This document shows positions 28,287 to 40,360 of a stretch of DNA of 44,419 nt, in pieces. A model generated the notes under the pieces. It was not told where the DNA came from, did not search any database, and saw only the letters and a program-made list of their open reading frames with translations. Each line of letters opens with the position of its first letter. Position 1 is the stretch's first letter. The translations under genes and the position numbers were made by a program. The DNA comes from Aquificaceae bacterium (lineage in GTDB: Bacteria; Aquificota; Aquificia; Aquificales; Aquificaceae), in contig JBEPZX010000010.1 in assembly GCA_041640635.1 (NCBI GenBank), positions 1 through 44,419 of the forward strand, read 5' to 3'.

Positions 28287-29530
28287 GATACATACTTTTC
28301 ATAGCTTTGAAGTTACTTTTAGAAAGAAAAAGGCAGACAACGGTTTCAACGCTAGGCGTGGCCATAGGTGTTTCTGCTTTCATAGCTATGAGTTCTCTTA
28401 TGATGGGATTTCAAGGGTACTTTATACAGCAAGTCATAGATTTGGAACCACATATAACTATAAAACCTACTGAAGAAATTGATGAGAAAAGAATAGTCAA
28501 AAAATTTGACGGCGAGTCTTTAGTTGAGATTTATGGCTCAAAGCCTAAAGAAAAAGACAAAATCATAGGGTGGAAAGACTTGGTAGAAGAGCTCCAGAAA
28601 GAGAACAGGATATCTGGTGTAGCACCTAGGTTAGTAACAAGGGGAATACTAAAGTACGGTGTAAAAGAAAAACCGGTCACTATATTAGGTATAGATCCCA
28701 ACCTAGAACCAAAGGCATCCATCGTAGAAAAGTTTCTAGAGAACAAGAATTTACACTTATTAAAATCTGATAAGGACACTGTAATAATAGGAAAGCTAGT
28801 CGCAAAGAGTTTGGGTATAAGGGAAATAAATAAAAAGCTTATTCTTGTGACACCGAATGGAAACTCTCAGTTGGTTAAAGTTGTTGACTTCTTTAATTCA
28901 GGTATAACCAACATAGATGATGCGCGTGTTTACATAAATATGAAAACACTTCAAGCCCTTATGGAAAGACCAAATGAGTCTAACCAAATAATACTTAAGG
29001 TAAAAGACGTTAATGAAGCAGAAAAAATTTCAAAGAACCTTCAAAAACGCCTTCCCTTCCAAGTGGAAAGTTGGCAAAGAGCTTATGCTAACTTTTTATC
29101 CATATTTAAAATCCAAAACATCATAACATACATGATAGTTATAGCTATACTCACAGTATCCGCATTTGGGATCTTAAATATTATTTCAATGACCGTCATG
29201 GAAAAAAGAAAGGATATAGCCATACTTATGGCTATGGGATACTCAAGAATGGATATTCTCTTAATATTCTTATGCCAAGGTCTAATAATTGGGGCTATTG
29301 GTGCTATTATAGGCTGTATTGTAGGTTTTGGACTACAGGAATATATGGAAAGTATAGAGTTGGATGTAGAAGGAATAGTTAGAACAAAGGGTTTTGTACT
29401 AGACAGGAGTCCCATGTACTATCTTTATGGATCTTTGTTCTCTTTACTTTTTTCTATTCTCGCAAGCTTTTATCCTTCCTACAAGGCAAGTAAGTTGAAT
29501 CCTGTAGATATATTCAGGAGTGGCGGTTGA
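28283..29530 (+). CDS. ABC transporter permease (MacB/LolC-like)
   Basis: GVAIGV, MTVMEKRKDIAILMAMG and PSYKASKLNPV. Confidence 0.88.
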   Translation: MRYILFIALKLLLERKRQTTVSTLGVAIGVSAFIAMSSLMMGFQGYFIQQVIDLEPHITIKPTEEIDEKRIVKKFDGESLVEIYGSKPKEKDKIIGWKDLVEELQKENRISGVAPRLVTRGILKYGVKEKPVTILGIDPNLEPKASIVEKFLENKNLHLLKSDKDTVIIGKLVAKSLGIREINKKLILVTPNGNSQLVKVVDFFNSGITNIDDARVYINMKTLQALMERPNESNQIILKVKDVNEAEKISKNLQKRLPFQVESWQRAYANFLSIFKIQNIITYMIVIAILTVSAFGILNIISMTVMEKRKDIAILMAMGYSRMDILLIFLCQGLIIGAIGAIIGCIVGFGLQEYMESIELDVEGIVRTKGFVLDRSPMYYLYGSLFSLLFSILASFYPSYKASKLNPVDIFRSGG

Positions 29531-30195
29531 AGATCCTAGAAGTAAAAAATATAGTGAAGAAAATTGGTCAAGAAGAGATACTAAAGGGTATAAACCTTTC
29601 AATAGAAAGAGGAGAATTTGTCTCTATAGTCGGTGCTTCAGGCTCAGGTAAGAGCTCACTTCTATATATACTAGGTCTCTTAGATAGACCAACTGAAGGT
29701 GAAGTATACATTGATAACAAGAAAATAGATTTTGATAGTGATGTATCTTTAATAAGAAATAGAAGAATTGGTTTTGTGTTTCAATTTCATTATTTACTTC
29801 CCGAGTTTACATTGTTAGAAAATGTTATGTTACCACTCATAAAAGCCAAGGTGGATAGAAAAAAGGCTGAACATATAGCTTACGAACTTCTTCAGATGTT
29901 GGGTTTAAACGGAAAAGAAAAGAGAAAAATATATCAAGTGTCTGGCGGAGAGATGCAAAGAGTTGCTATAGCCAGGGCTTTGGCAAACGACCAAGATATA
30001 ATCCTGGCGGATGAACCAACTGGGAACTTGGACTCAAAAAATACTTATAAGGTCATGGAAATATTCCAAGAGGTGAATAGTAAAGGGAAGACAATAGTTA
30101 TGGTTACTCACGAAATGGATCTTGCTCAAATGACAAAAAGAATTATAACAATGAAAGATGGAACAATAACAGATGATAAAAGACTCGAGCTATGA
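29527..30195 (+). CDS. ABC transporter ATP-binding protein (LolD/MacB-like)
   Basis: GASGSGKS, VSGGEMQRVAIARAL and DEPTGNLD. Confidence 0.92.
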   Translation: MKILEVKNIVKKIGQEEILKGINLSIERGEFVSIVGASGSGKSSLLYILGLLDRPTEGEVYIDNKKIDFDSDVSLIRNRRIGFVFQFHYLLPEFTLLENVMLPLIKAKVDRKKAEHIAYELLQMLGLNGKEKRKIYQVSGGEMQRVAIARALANDQDIILADEPTGNLDSKNTYKVMEIFQEVNSKGKTIVMVTHEMDLAQMTKRIITMKDGTITDDKRLEL

Positions 30196-30286
30196 ATTCC
30201 AACGGGATTTCCAGGACTTATTTGTATAAAATCCTTAGCAAGCCCATTTTATTTTGCATTAAATTAATAAATACCGGAGGAAAGGT

Positions 30287-30574
30287 ATGAAAAAACTGGA
30301 GGTGGTAATAGATAGTCTTCACTTAAACAAAATTATAGAAGCTCTAGAAAAGGAAGGCGTTACTGGATACACTATAATAAAAGATGCTATTGGAAAAGGT
30401 GAAAGAGGTATAATGGCTGGGGATGAACTCACAGACGTTTTTAAGAACAGCTACTTATTTACAGTTTGCAATGAAGAATTAGCAGAGAAAGTCTTGCCAA
30501 AGGTAGAGTACCTTCTTAAAAAATACGGTGGAATATGTATAGTTTCTGATGTAAAAGCGATAGGAGTAAAATAG
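30287..30574 (+). CDS. P-II-like protein (non-canonical, SbtB-like)
   Basis: KKLEVVI, GVTGYTI, GKGERG and YGGICIVSDV; GGAGG SD. Confidence 0.75.
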   Translation: MKKLEVVIDSLHLNKIIEALEKEGVTGYTIIKDAIGKGERGIMAGDELTDVFKNSYLFTVCNEELAEKVLPKVEYLLKKYGGICIVSDVKAIGVK

Positions 30575-30681
30575 AAAACTTTTTAACTTTCTGTATGTTG
30601 TCCTTTGTAAAGGAAGAGACTAAAAAGTTTTCTGTGTTGAAGAAAAAGCTGTTTAAATTGGTTACTTTTTCAGGTAATATC

Positions 30682-30698
30682 TTAACAAATTTTTAACA
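30682..30698 (+). promoter_or_regulatory. Pho-box-like direct repeat upstream of phoU
   Basis: TTAACA-N5-TTAACA with 11-bp period, upstream of a TAAAAT box and AGGAGG SD. Confidence 0.5.
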
Positions 30699-30732
30699 GT
30701 GCTTAGTTTAAAATATAAATAGGAGGGTTATA

Positions 30733-31395
30733 ATGAAGCTTTTTCAAGAGATAGAAGAGACAAAACACTTGGTTATTGATATGGCCAAGTTGGCAAAGGT
30801 AGCTGTGGATAACGCATCAGCTTCTCTAAACAAACAAGACATAGATCTAGCAGAGCAAGTTATAAAGGGAGATGATCAAATAGATTTGATGGAGGTAGAA
30901 ATAGAAAAAAGGTGTATAAGAATGATAGCTCTTTACCAACCTGAAGCATCTGACCTGAGACTTATAATGGGCATTTATAAGATCGTTTCTGACCTAGAAA
31001 GGATAGGTGATGAAGCGGAGAATATAGCACATAGATCCATACTTTTGGCAAAGGAACCTCCGCTTAAACCTTATGTAAACTTAAATCTTATGTCAGAACA
31101 CGTAAAAACAATGATAGAAGATGCTGTAATAAGTTTTTTCCAAAAAGATGTGGAGCTTGCTAAAAAAGTAATTCAAAGGGATGATTTAGTAGATGAACTT
31201 TATCATCAACTCGAAAGGGAGCTAATAACCTATGTTCTTGAGAATCCAATGAACATAAGCAGGGTAATAAATCTATCCTTTATAGCAAGGCACTTTGAAC
31301 GTATAGCTGACCATGCGGAAAATATAGCTGAAATGGCTATATATTGGACGGAAGGTGAGATAGTAAAACATCAACATATTAAGGAAAAGGGTTGA
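30733..31395 (+). CDS. phoU: Phosphate signalling protein PhoU
   Basis: QPEASDLR, DLERIGD and ERIADHAENIAE. Confidence 0.95.
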   Translation: MKLFQEIEETKHLVIDMAKLAKVAVDNASASLNKQDIDLAEQVIKGDDQIDLMEVEIEKRCIRMIALYQPEASDLRLIMGIYKIVSDLERIGDEAENIAHRSILLAKEPPLKPYVNLNLMSEHVKTMIEDAVISFFQKDVELAKKVIQRDDLVDELYHQLERELITYVLENPMNISRVINLSFIARHFERIADHAENIAEMAIYWTEGEIVKHQHIKEKG

Positions 31396-33161
31396 GATTA
31401 TATGTAGGCTTTTTCTTATTTTTTCTAGCGTTTGTCGTTTTGAATGTAACCTTTCTGGATAGTCTCAGAAAAATCTGGGGGAAAGGTTTTCCACTTATTC
31501 TTTTTATTATCAATTTGGACTTACTTATTCTTATAATAGTTTTTGCCATATTCTTTAGAAAGTTTATAAAAACTTACCTTTTTGAGAGAAAAGGTAAGCT
31601 CAGAGTAAAGCTTTCTAATGCTCTGTTTTTTTATGTAATAGTTCCTATAATTTTTCTAAATTTTGCCGTGGCATTGTTGCTTTTTCAATATACAAAGACT
31701 ATGTTAGCTTCACCTCTAAAAGATGTTTACATTAGAGCTGAACAGCTCTTTCAAAAGGTAAGTGAGTTAGAGGAAAATAAAATAAATACTTATAGAAACT
31801 TCTTTAGTGTCGTTTTGCTGCAAGGACAAAATCCAGAAGATTATAAAGAATTATTCAAGGACATTAAATCCGTAAACAAGGTGAAATCTTGTAAAGAAGA
31901 AACTACTCAAGAACTTTTTGTGTTGTGTGTAGAAAACTACCAATTGGTTATTTCTCGCGACAAAGAAACTATAAGGCTTCTCAACACCATAAGCAGTACG
32001 GCAAAACACTTAAGAAACATAGTAAAATCGAGAGACTTTATTACTGGTGTTCATGTCTACTTTATAATTTTTATAACTTTCATAACTTTTTTGGCTTACA
32101 TATGGTTCGCAAACCTTGTAGCTAGATACATAAGTTTCCCAATAGAAAAGCTCTCTCAAAAGGCTCAGGAAATAGCAAGAGGTAACTTTGATGTGAGCTT
32201 AGGGATTCCTAAGAGAAATGATGAAATTGACTTACTGACAGAGTCTTTTATAAAAATGAAAGAGGATTTGAAGAAACTTTACCAGAGGTTGGAAAAAGAA
32301 AAGGAAATACTAAAAAAGCTTATAGAAAACTTACCTGTAGGAATAGCTTATATTCAAAAAACGGACCCACCTATTATAAATGAAGCTTTTTACCAATTAA
32401 CTGACTTAAAGAATTTAGGAGAGCTGGAAAAGGCGGATTTAACTAAAAAGTCAAATCTAGAAGTTAGAAAGATACAGATAGGAGAAGGAATAGCTTACGT
32501 TGTTTACGATATAGAACCATATATCCTATCTGAGAGATTTAAAACATGGCAAGAAGCTGTGAAACGCATTGCTCATGAGATTAAAAATCCTTTAACACCT
32601 ATAAGTCTAAATCTAGAGAGAATAATCTATCTTATGCAAAAAGAGGTAGTAGACAAAGAGAAAATTACAGAGTCTGTACAAATTATGTTGCGTGAAATAG
32701 AGAGGATAAAAAAACTTATAAATCAGTTCAGAAGTCTTTCTACTGAAGGTAAACCTACCTTTCAAAGGTTGAGCTTAAGAAATTTGATTGAAGATCTAAA
32801 AAAGTTATACACGGTTTTAAATATAGATATACAGGGGGACAAAATTGTAAACGGTGATATAAACCTTCTTAAAGATATGTATATGAATTTATTTAACAAC
32901 AGCTTGGAATGGGGATCAACAAGCGTACAAATACAAATAGAAGAAGAGAAAATAATATACAAAGACAATGGAAAAGGTATAGAGAAAGGTATGGAGGAAG
33001 TAATATTTTCCCCATATCATTCCGAAAATCCCCAAGGATTTGGACTTGGATTATCTATAGTCAAACATATAGCAAACTTACATGGATGGAAACTAAAAGC
33101 TATACCAAGTGAGGAAGGTTTTATAGTTATTTTTAACCTTTCCAATCAAGCAGAAGGCTAG
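31392..33161 (+). CDS. NtrY-like membrane sensor histidine kinase with HAMP domain
   Basis: TM segments, HAMP, WQEAVKRIAHEIKNPLTPI, DNGKG and GFGLGLSIV. Confidence 0.88.
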   Translation: MRLYVGFFLFFLAFVVLNVTFLDSLRKIWGKGFPLILFIINLDLLILIIVFAIFFRKFIKTYLFERKGKLRVKLSNALFFYVIVPIIFLNFAVALLLFQYTKTMLASPLKDVYIRAEQLFQKVSELEENKINTYRNFFSVVLLQGQNPEDYKELFKDIKSVNKVKSCKEETTQELFVLCVENYQLVISRDKETIRLLNTISSTAKHLRNIVKSRDFITGVHVYFIIFITFITFLAYIWFANLVARYISFPIEKLSQKAQEIARGNFDVSLGIPKRNDEIDLLTESFIKMKEDLKKLYQRLEKEKEILKKLIENLPVGIAYIQKTDPPIINEAFYQLTDLKNLGELEKADLTKKSNLEVRKIQIGEGIAYVVYDIEPYILSERFKTWQEAVKRIAHEIKNPLTPISLNLERIIYLMQKEVVDKEKITESVQIMLREIERIKKLINQFRSLSTEGKPTFQRLSLRNLIEDLKKLYTVLNIDIQGDKIVNGDINLLKDMYMNLFNNSLEWGSTSVQIQIEEEKIIYKDNGKGIEKGMEEVIFSPYHSENPQGFGLGLSIVKHIANLHGWKLKAIPSEEGFIVIFNLSNQAEG

Positions 33162-33446
33162 AAAGGTGAATTTCGTTTTAAATGTGTGCTATGATCTGAG
33201 CTAAGTAACTTTTGAAAGTATTGGTGTTTTTGTAAACTGGAACACCGCATATTGAAAGCTGTTTATAAAATGGTGTTTCACAGGTTTATTCATCTATATA
33301 AATGTGCTTATCTAATAAACATATTAGGCATTTTTTGTTGTTTAAATTGGTAAAAACATGCTTTAGTGTTTTTCCCTTGGGATTATTAATGTTGAGTTGT
33401 AAGGAGTTTTTAGCTATTTTATATTTATTAAATTTATCATCATAAG

Positions 33447-33475
33447 TTGACAACGACCTTGTTTAGATTCATACT
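33447..33475 (+). promoter_or_regulatory. sigma70-type promoter of cimA
   Basis: TTGACA (33447-33452), N17, CATACT (33470-33475); ATG at 33485. Confidence 0.65.
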
Positions 33476-33484
33476 TTTTAATTT

Positions 33485-35062
33485 ATGGAAAAAGTATTTG
33501 TTTATGATACTACCCTTAGGGACGGATCTCAAGCGGAAAGTATAAATTTTTCAATAGAAGATAAGCTTAGGATTATAGAAAAACTTGATGATTTTGGAGT
33601 TGATTACATAGAGTGTGGTTGGCCTGGCTCAAATCCAAAGGACACCGTATTATTTGAAAAACTAAAGAGTAAAAAAACCAAGTATGCAAAAATTGTAGCA
33701 TTTGGTTCTACTAGGAGGCCAGGTAAAAGAGTTGAAGAGGATCCACAAATTGAAAATTTATTAAAATCTGGTGCATTAGTTATAACCATATTTGGCAAAA
33801 GTTGGGACTATCATGTAACAGAAGCGCTAAAGACATCTTTGGAAGAGAATTTAAATATGGTATACGAGAGCGTGAAATACCTAAAAGATCGCGTAAAAGA
33901 AGTTGTTTTTGATGCTGAACATTTCTTTGATGGATACAAAAGGAACCCTAATTATGCCATAGAAGTCTTAAAAGTAGCGTTTGAGGCAGGAGCTGATTGG
34001 TTAGTTTTGTGTGATACTAATGGAGGTACACTTCCACACGAAGTTTATCAAATAACTAAAGAAGTAGTTAATAAATTCCCGGATGGGAAGATTGGTATAC
34101 ATGCTCATAACGATTCAGACACAGCAACGGCTAATTCTTTGATGGCTGTATTAGCTGGTGCACGTCAGGTACATGGAACAATTAATGGAATAGGTGAAAG
34201 AACAGGAAATGCAAATCTTTGTTCCATAATACCTAATCTACAGCTTAAGATGGGCTTTGATGTGATATCTGCTGAAAATTTGAGAAAATTAACTGAGTTA
34301 GCCAATTTTGTAGCAGAGATAGCTAATATACCGCTTCCTAAGAACATGCCCTATGTAGGAAGTAGTGCCTTTGCTCATAAAGCAGGAGTCCATGCTTCTG
34401 CAGTTATGAAAAGAAGCGATACTTATGAACATATTGATCCGAGCTTAGTAGGCAATAAGCGCAAAGTATTGGTTTCTGATCTTTCAGGTAAAAGCAATAT
34501 TATTTATAAGTTAAGAGAAATGGGAATAAACGTAGATGAAAAGTCTCCAGAAGTTATAAAGCTAGTGGAAAAGATAAAGGAAATGGAAAAGGAAGGTTAC
34601 CATTTTGAAGCTGCTGAAGCTTCTTTAGAGCTTTTATGCAAGAGACATTTTGGTTTGATAAAAGAATACTTTACGCTAGATGCTTACAGGATACTTATAG
34701 CAAGGCGGTCTACAGATGAACAACCTGTATCTGAAGCTACAGTTAGACTTTACATAGATGAGATAAAACAACACACAGCAGCTTTAGGTAATGGTCCCGT
34801 TAACGCTTTAGATAGAGCGCTTAAAAAAGCCTTGTTGGAATTCTATCCAAACTTAAAGGATATGCAGCTAGTAGATTATAAAGTGCGAATCGTGAATGAG
34901 TCAGCTGGCACATCTGCGAAGGTTAGAGTGCTCATTGAGTCTACTGATGGAAACAGAGTATGGGGAACAGTAGGTGTGTCTGAAAATATAATCGAAGCTT
35001 CTTGGATAGCTCTTACAGATAGTTTAGTTTATAAGCTCGTTAAGGATGAGGAAAATTTATAA
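33485..35062 (+). CDS. cimA: Citramalate synthase (LeuA/CimA family)
   Basis: [39 protein letters not shown] and [15 protein letters not shown]. Confidence 0.88.
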   Translation: MEKVFVYDTTLRDGSQAESINFSIEDKLRIIEKLDDFGVDYIECGWPGSNPKDTVLFEKLKSKKTKYAKIVAFGSTRRPGKRVEEDPQIENLLKSGALVITIFGKSWDYHVTEALKTSLEENLNMVYESVKYLKDRVKEVVFDAEHFFDGYKRNPNYAIEVLKVAFEAGADWLVLCDTNGGTLPHEVYQITKEVVNKFPDGKIGIHAHNDSDTATANSLMAVLAGARQVHGTINGIGERTGNANLCSIIPNLQLKMGFDVISAENLRKLTELANFVAEIANIPLPKNMPYVGSSAFAHKAGVHASAVMKRSDTYEHIDPSLVGNKRKVLVSDLSGKSNIIYKLREMGINVDEKSPEVIKLVEKIKEMEKEGYHFEAAEASLELLCKRHFGLIKEYFTLDAYRILIARRSTDEQPVSEATVRLYIDEIKQHTAALGNGPVNALDRALKKALLEFYPNLKDMQLVDYKVRIVNESAGTSAKVRVLIESTDGNRVWGTVGVSENIIEASWIALTDSLVYKLVKDEENL

Positions 35063-35084
35063 TTCTTTAAAAGGAGAAATAAAC

Positions 35085-37333
<2,249 letters not shown>

Positions 37334-37395
37334 AACTGAAATATGAAATTTTCAGGTATAATGTTTATAAACCTTAATTCGTGGGGGGTAGAAAG

Positions 37396-37887
37396 ATGAA
37401 GAAGTATGTGGCCCTAGCAATAGCATCTGTAGCTTTTTTGGCTTCCTGCCAGCAAAAACCGACTGAGCAACAACAACAGCAACCAGCTGGGGAGCAGCAA
37501 CAACAGCAACAACAACCTGCTGAACAACAACAGCAACAACCACCACAAGAGCAAAAACAGGAACAACAGCCACAGCAACCTGCTGAACAAAAACAAAAGC
37601 CTGAAACAAAACAGCAGAGCTCAACTCAAGGCCAAGTCAAAGATATGTTAGCATTTGCACAACAGAAAGGTTGTATGGCATGTCACGACATAAAGGCTAA
37701 AAAAGTAGGACCTGCTTATATAGATGTTGCTAAAAAGTATGCCGGAAAACCCAATGCGTTAGCTGAAGTTTCAGAAAAAATTAAAAAGGGTGGTGCTGGT
37801 GAATGGGGAAGCGTACCTATGCCACCTCAGAACGTAACAGATCAAGAAGCAAAGGACTTAGCAGCATGGGTGTTATCTCTTAAATGA
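37396..37887 (+). CDS. Lipoprotein cytochrome c551/c552 with a Gln/Pro-rich linker
   Basis: Lipobox FLASC, poly-Q linker, QKGCMACH...KKVGPAY...WGSVPMPPQ. Confidence 0.9.
   Translation: MKKYVALAIASVAFLASCQQKPTEQQQQQPAGEQQQQQQQPAEQQQQQPPQEQKQEQQPQQPAEQKQKPETKQQSSTQGQVKDMLAFAQQKGCMACHDIKAKKVGPAYIDVAKKYAGKPNALAEVSEKIKKGGAGEWGSVPMPPQNVTDQEAKDLAAWVLSLK
37444..37630 (+). repeat. CAA/CAG-rich low-complexity coding repeat (units like EQQQQQPA)
   Basis: Repeated caacaacagcaacc(t/a)gctg units are visible in the DNA. Confidence 0.8.
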
Positions 37888-38126
37888 GTTTTTTACGCTT
37901 AGTAAATGAATTTGCTAACTTACATTTTAAAAAGCCTATAGAGTACGAATATGCCGATTTGAGGGATGCCTTGATTGCATCCCTCTTTTTGGAATTTTTT
38001 GGCGTAGATAATCCATTGGGCATCTACACTATAGATATTTATCCTTACCTTTTGGAGGAGTTTCACAATTGGCACAAGACTTTGGGACTTGAAAGGTCTC
38101 CCATTTCCACTTTTCCATGTTGTTAA
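37884..38126 (+). CDS. CC-star-type small protein (normally CstA/ArsA-associated)
   Basis: FGVDNP...PYLLEEFHNWH...GLERSP...CC*; overlaps the ArsA gene. Confidence 0.7.
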   Translation: MSFLRLVNEFANLHFKKPIEYEYADLRDALIASLFLEFFGVDNPLGIYTIDIYPYLLEEFHNWHKTLGLERSPISTFPCC

Positions 38127-38923
38127 ACAAACTCTTAGTCTTTGGTGGTAAAGGCGGCGTAGGTAAAAGCACCTTAGCTTGTTCTACAGCTGTAAAACTT
38201 TCGGAAAAAGGGAAAACACTTGTAGTTTCTTTGGATCCAGCACACTCTCTATCTGATATTTTTTCCGTAGAGGTCAAAAGAGAACCTACGAAGATATTAG
38301 AAAACCTATGGGCTGTAGAACTTGATGCTTTGCAACTTTCTAAAGAGTATACCACAAGGGTTTTTGAAAGCGTAAAGAGCTTACTTTCACCTAAGGCACA
38401 GGAAGGTTTTTTGAAGATGGCTGATGTAGTTTCTCAATCTAACACATCCTTGGAAACAGCTTCTCTTAACAAGGTAATGGATTACTTTGACGAATACAAT
38501 TACGTAATACTCGATTTTGCACCTACTGGAAACATGATGAGGTTTTTCTCCAATGTAGACCTATTGGAAGAGTGGATGAATTTGCTAATAGCTATTGCAA
38601 AAAAGCAGGAAAAGGTGGAAAAGTTTATGGGAAGAGATTACCCTCTTCTGGATTTGCTACAGGAAAGGTTGAGAAAGGTTAAGACTTTTAAAAAGGTTTT
38701 AAAGGAAAAATCCATAATATATGCCGTAGCTAATGAAGAACCTATGTCTATAAAAGAAGCCAATTCTATAAAGGAAAGGTTTAAGGACCTAAAGGTTTAC
38801 ATAGTTATAAACAAATCTACAAAAGAAGAATTGGAAGGCTTAAGAGTTCCTTTTAGAGAAAACCTATATGGAATACAGGCTTTAAAGTCCCTTGATATAA
38901 GCCAGGTATTGCTTACATTATAG
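38117..38923 (+). CDS. ArsA/Get3 family ATPase, single domain
   Basis: GGKGGVGKST, SLDPAHSLSD and DFAPTG. Confidence 0.88.
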   Translation: MLLNKLLVFGGKGGVGKSTLACSTAVKLSEKGKTLVVSLDPAHSLSDIFSVEVKREPTKILENLWAVELDALQLSKEYTTRVFESVKSLLSPKAQEGFLKMADVVSQSNTSLETASLNKVMDYFDEYNYVILDFAPTGNMMRFFSNVDLLEEWMNLLIAIAKKQEKVEKFMGRDYPLLDLLQERLRKVKTFKKVLKEKSIIYAVANEEPMSIKEANSIKERFKDLKVYIVINKSTKEELEGLRVPFRENLYGIQALKSLDISQVLLTL

Positions 38924-38928
38924 ATGTT

Positions 38929-40293
38929 ATGATAGACACGCACTGCCACCTGGATCTTATAAAAAAAGAAGATTTTGAGCAAGCCATTTCTGACCCTAAC
39001 TTGGAGTACTTAATAACCATAGGTTACGATAAAAGGACTATAGAAAATGCCATTAAACTAGCGCAGAACTATGAACATGTTTACTGTGCTATAGGGTTTC
39101 ATCCTCATGAAGCCGACAAAGTAACAGACGAGGACTTGGATTGGCTTAAACAAGTTGCAAAGGAAAATAAAAAGGTTGTGGCTTTGGGAGAGATGGGTCT
39201 TGATTACTACAAAAATTACTCACAGAAAGAAAAACAACAGGAAGTTTTTAGAAAGCAAATAAGGTTAGCCATAGAGCTTGGACTGCCTATAGTAGTTCAC
39301 TCAAGGGATGCGGAAGAGGATACCATCAGGGTCCTGGAAGAAGAACAAGCGTACAAAGTAGGTGGCGTAATGCATTGCTTTACAGGTAGTTATGAATTTA
39401 TGAGAAAATGCGTAGAGTTAGGCTTCTATATTTCTTATTCTGGTATAGTTACTTACAAAAATGCTCAAACACTGAGAGAAGTAGTAAAAAGGACACCTAC
39501 AACTAGGTTGCTTATAGAAACGGACAGCCCTTTTTTAGCACCGGAGCCTGTGAGGGGCAAACCTAATAAACCTTCTAACTTGCGCTATATAGCAGAAGCT
39601 ATTGCTCAACTTATCCCAAACACATCAATAGAAGATGTAGATAGAATGACTACTCAGAATGCAAAGCTACTTTTTAATCTTGGGAACACGAATAAAAAGG
39701 AATCAATTACTTACGTTATTAACAATAAGCTTTATATAAACTTGACTAACAAATGTAATCTACACTGTGTCTTTTGTCAAAGAGAAAGGGAAAGAAACTT
39801 TTGGGTGAAAGGTTATTGGGTGTGGGTAAGTAGGGATCCAAGCGTAGAAGAAGTAATAAAAGAAATAGGGGATCCTCAAAAATATGACGAAGTTGTTTTT
39901 TGCGGGTATGGTGAACCTACTCTTTCTTTAGATAAGCTTAAAGAAATAGCCAAGTATGTGAAGCAGAGAGGTGGAAAGGTTAGGGTTGACACCAATGGAC
40001 TTATGTTTACCTTTGCGTCAAGAGAAAAACTCAAGGAACTTAAAGGACTAGTTGATGTTTGGTCAGTAAGTCTGAACGCTCAAGATGAAGAAACATACAA
40101 TAAAGTGTGTAAACCTATACAACCTAACGCTTACCAAAAGGTAAAGGAATTTATAAAAGCAGCTGTGGAGGAAGGATTTGAAGTAATAGCTACAGCTGTA
40201 GAATTTGATGGAGTGGATATGGAAAAAACAGAGGAGGTTGCACTGTCTCTTGGTGCCAAGTGGCGTGGAAGGATTTTCGAAAGTGTAGGATAA
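38929..40293 (+). CDS. tatD: TatD DNase fused to a TatD-associated radical SAM domain
   Basis: DTHCH, GEMGLDY and ETDSPFLAP, followed by LYINLTNKCNLHCVFC and VFCGYGEP. Confidence 0.9.
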   Translation: MIDTHCHLDLIKKEDFEQAISDPNLEYLITIGYDKRTIENAIKLAQNYEHVYCAIGFHPHEADKVTDEDLDWLKQVAKENKKVVALGEMGLDYYKNYSQKEKQQEVFRKQIRLAIELGLPIVVHSRDAEEDTIRVLEEEQAYKVGGVMHCFTGSYEFMRKCVELGFYISYSGIVTYKNAQTLREVVKRTPTTRLLIETDSPFLAPEPVRGKPNKPSNLRYIAEAIAQLIPNTSIEDVDRMTTQNAKLLFNLGNTNKKESITYVINNKLYINLTNKCNLHCVFCQRERERNFWVKGYWVWVSRDPSVEEVIKEIGDPQKYDEVVFCGYGEPTLSLDKLKEIAKYVKQRGGKVRVDTNGLMFTFASREKLKELKGLVDVWSVSLNAQDEETYNKVCKPIQPNAYQKVKEFIKAAVEEGFEVIATAVEFDGVDMEKTEEVALSLGAKWRGRIFESVG

Positions 40294-40297
40294 AACT

Positions 40298-40331
40298 AAA
40301 AAAGGCGGGACCGTCTATGCCATAGTCCCGC
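40298..40331 (-). terminator. Intrinsic terminator between convergent genes
   Basis: GCGGGAC (40305-40311) pairs with GTCCCGC (40325-40331); the A-run on the left gives a U-tract on the minus strand. Confidence 0.7.
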
Positions 40332-40360
40332 TAAAGAGATAGCGCACCATGCAGGGTTTG

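Noticed and set aside
33348..33361. Possible sigma54 promoter TGGTAAAAACATGC
   Set aside because: The GG-to-GC spacing is 9 nt, not the required 10.
37352..37624. Val/Leu-rich minus-strand ORFs, and a possible CRISPR-like repeat
   Set aside because: These are the reverse complement of the poly-Gln linker; there is no repeat-spacer structure.
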